Of a stretch of DNA of 64,000 nucleotides, positions 63,852-64,000 are shown one piece after another; positions within the stretch are counted from its first letter, which is position 1; every line of letters starts with the position of its first letter. The stretch is from positions 5,462-69,461 of the forward strand of contig JBBTQV010000016.1 of the NCBI GenBank assembly GCA_038065515.1, written 5' to 3'. The stretch comes from Patescibacteria group bacterium (GTDB lineage: Bacteria; Patescibacteriota; Minisyncoccia; 2-02-FULL-40-12; GWA2-44-9). The notes beneath the pieces are model-generated. The model searched no databases, was not told where the DNA came from, and worked only from the letters and a program-made list of their open reading frames with translations. A program made the translations under genes and the position numbers.

Positions 63852-63935
63852 AATTTTCTCCTCAAAGAGCCGGGACCAGCATAGCACAGCAAAACCCCTC
63901 TGCAAGGAGGGGCTTTGCGAAAAACATCAGCCGAA

Positions 63936-64000
63936 TTACTTCACTTCAATGCCCATGCTGCGGGCGGTGCCGGCGATAACTTCCATCGCGGCGTCGACAT
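63936..64000 (-). CDS. rplK: 50S ribosomal protein L11, 3' end (partial)
   Basis: Manual translation VDAAMEVIAGTARSMGIEVK* matches the L11 C-terminal GTARSMG motif. Confidence 0.85.
   Translation of the reverse strand, partial: VDAAMEVIAGTARSMGIEVK

Noticed and set aside
1-64000. CRISPR array, rRNA genes or prophage
   Set aside because: No regularly spaced repeats, rRNA motifs, integrase or virion genes were seen by eye.
1-64000. Alternative genetic code (TGA=Gly, as in Gracilibacteria/SR1)
   Set aside because: Core genes are full length under the standard code, and several (lepA, dprA, dnaE, parA) end properly at TGA.
1-64000. Additional remote VR targets for TR1/TR2 in this window
   Set aside because: None were found by eye at the C-termini of other ORFs. 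A computational search of the whole genome is still needed.

Overview
This is a 64-kb chromosomal segment that looks like a Patescibacteria/CPR (Parcubacteria-like) genome. That assignment is inferred from the compact gene set, the shortened RF2 and PGK, the many apparently leaderless genes and the CPR-type hypothetical proteins; the genetic code is standard. Most of the window is housekeeping (mutY, nth, xseAB, ftsEX, prfB, lepA, pgk, tpiA, galT, dprA, topA, rel, parAB, folD, tsaC, rpsP, rnc, nusB, rpmF, dnaE, thrS, miaA, gatB, tmk, the 3' end of rplK), with 4 tRNAs and RNase P RNA. It also holds a decaying AT-richer redox island (ccdA/TlpA/msrA) next to a tRNA cluster, and a polysaccharide locus invaded by a RAYT transposase and a four-helix-bundle cassette. 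The main result is two complete, distinct diversity-generating retroelements (DGRs) at 34.1-36.7 kb and 37.5-40.1 kb, nested in the galT-tpiA-pgk gene string. By manual alignment every TR/VR mismatch falls at a TR adenine (16/16 and 12/12). Both DGRs share an unusual design. (i) The avd-like gene lies antisense, between TR and RT. (ii) Each avd ATG is one base out of frame across a poly-C tract (C7 and C10). (iii) Each RT stop codon overlaps the start of a glycolytic gene (ATGA; pgk and tpiA). (iv) A ~220-nt non-coding leader 5' of TR is collinearly conserved between the two elements although their TRs differ, which points to a structured DGR RNA domain. (v) Both target genes share a promoter-hairpin-boxA-like leader. 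All alignments and counts were done by eye, and no database searches were run, so novelty claims are unverified.
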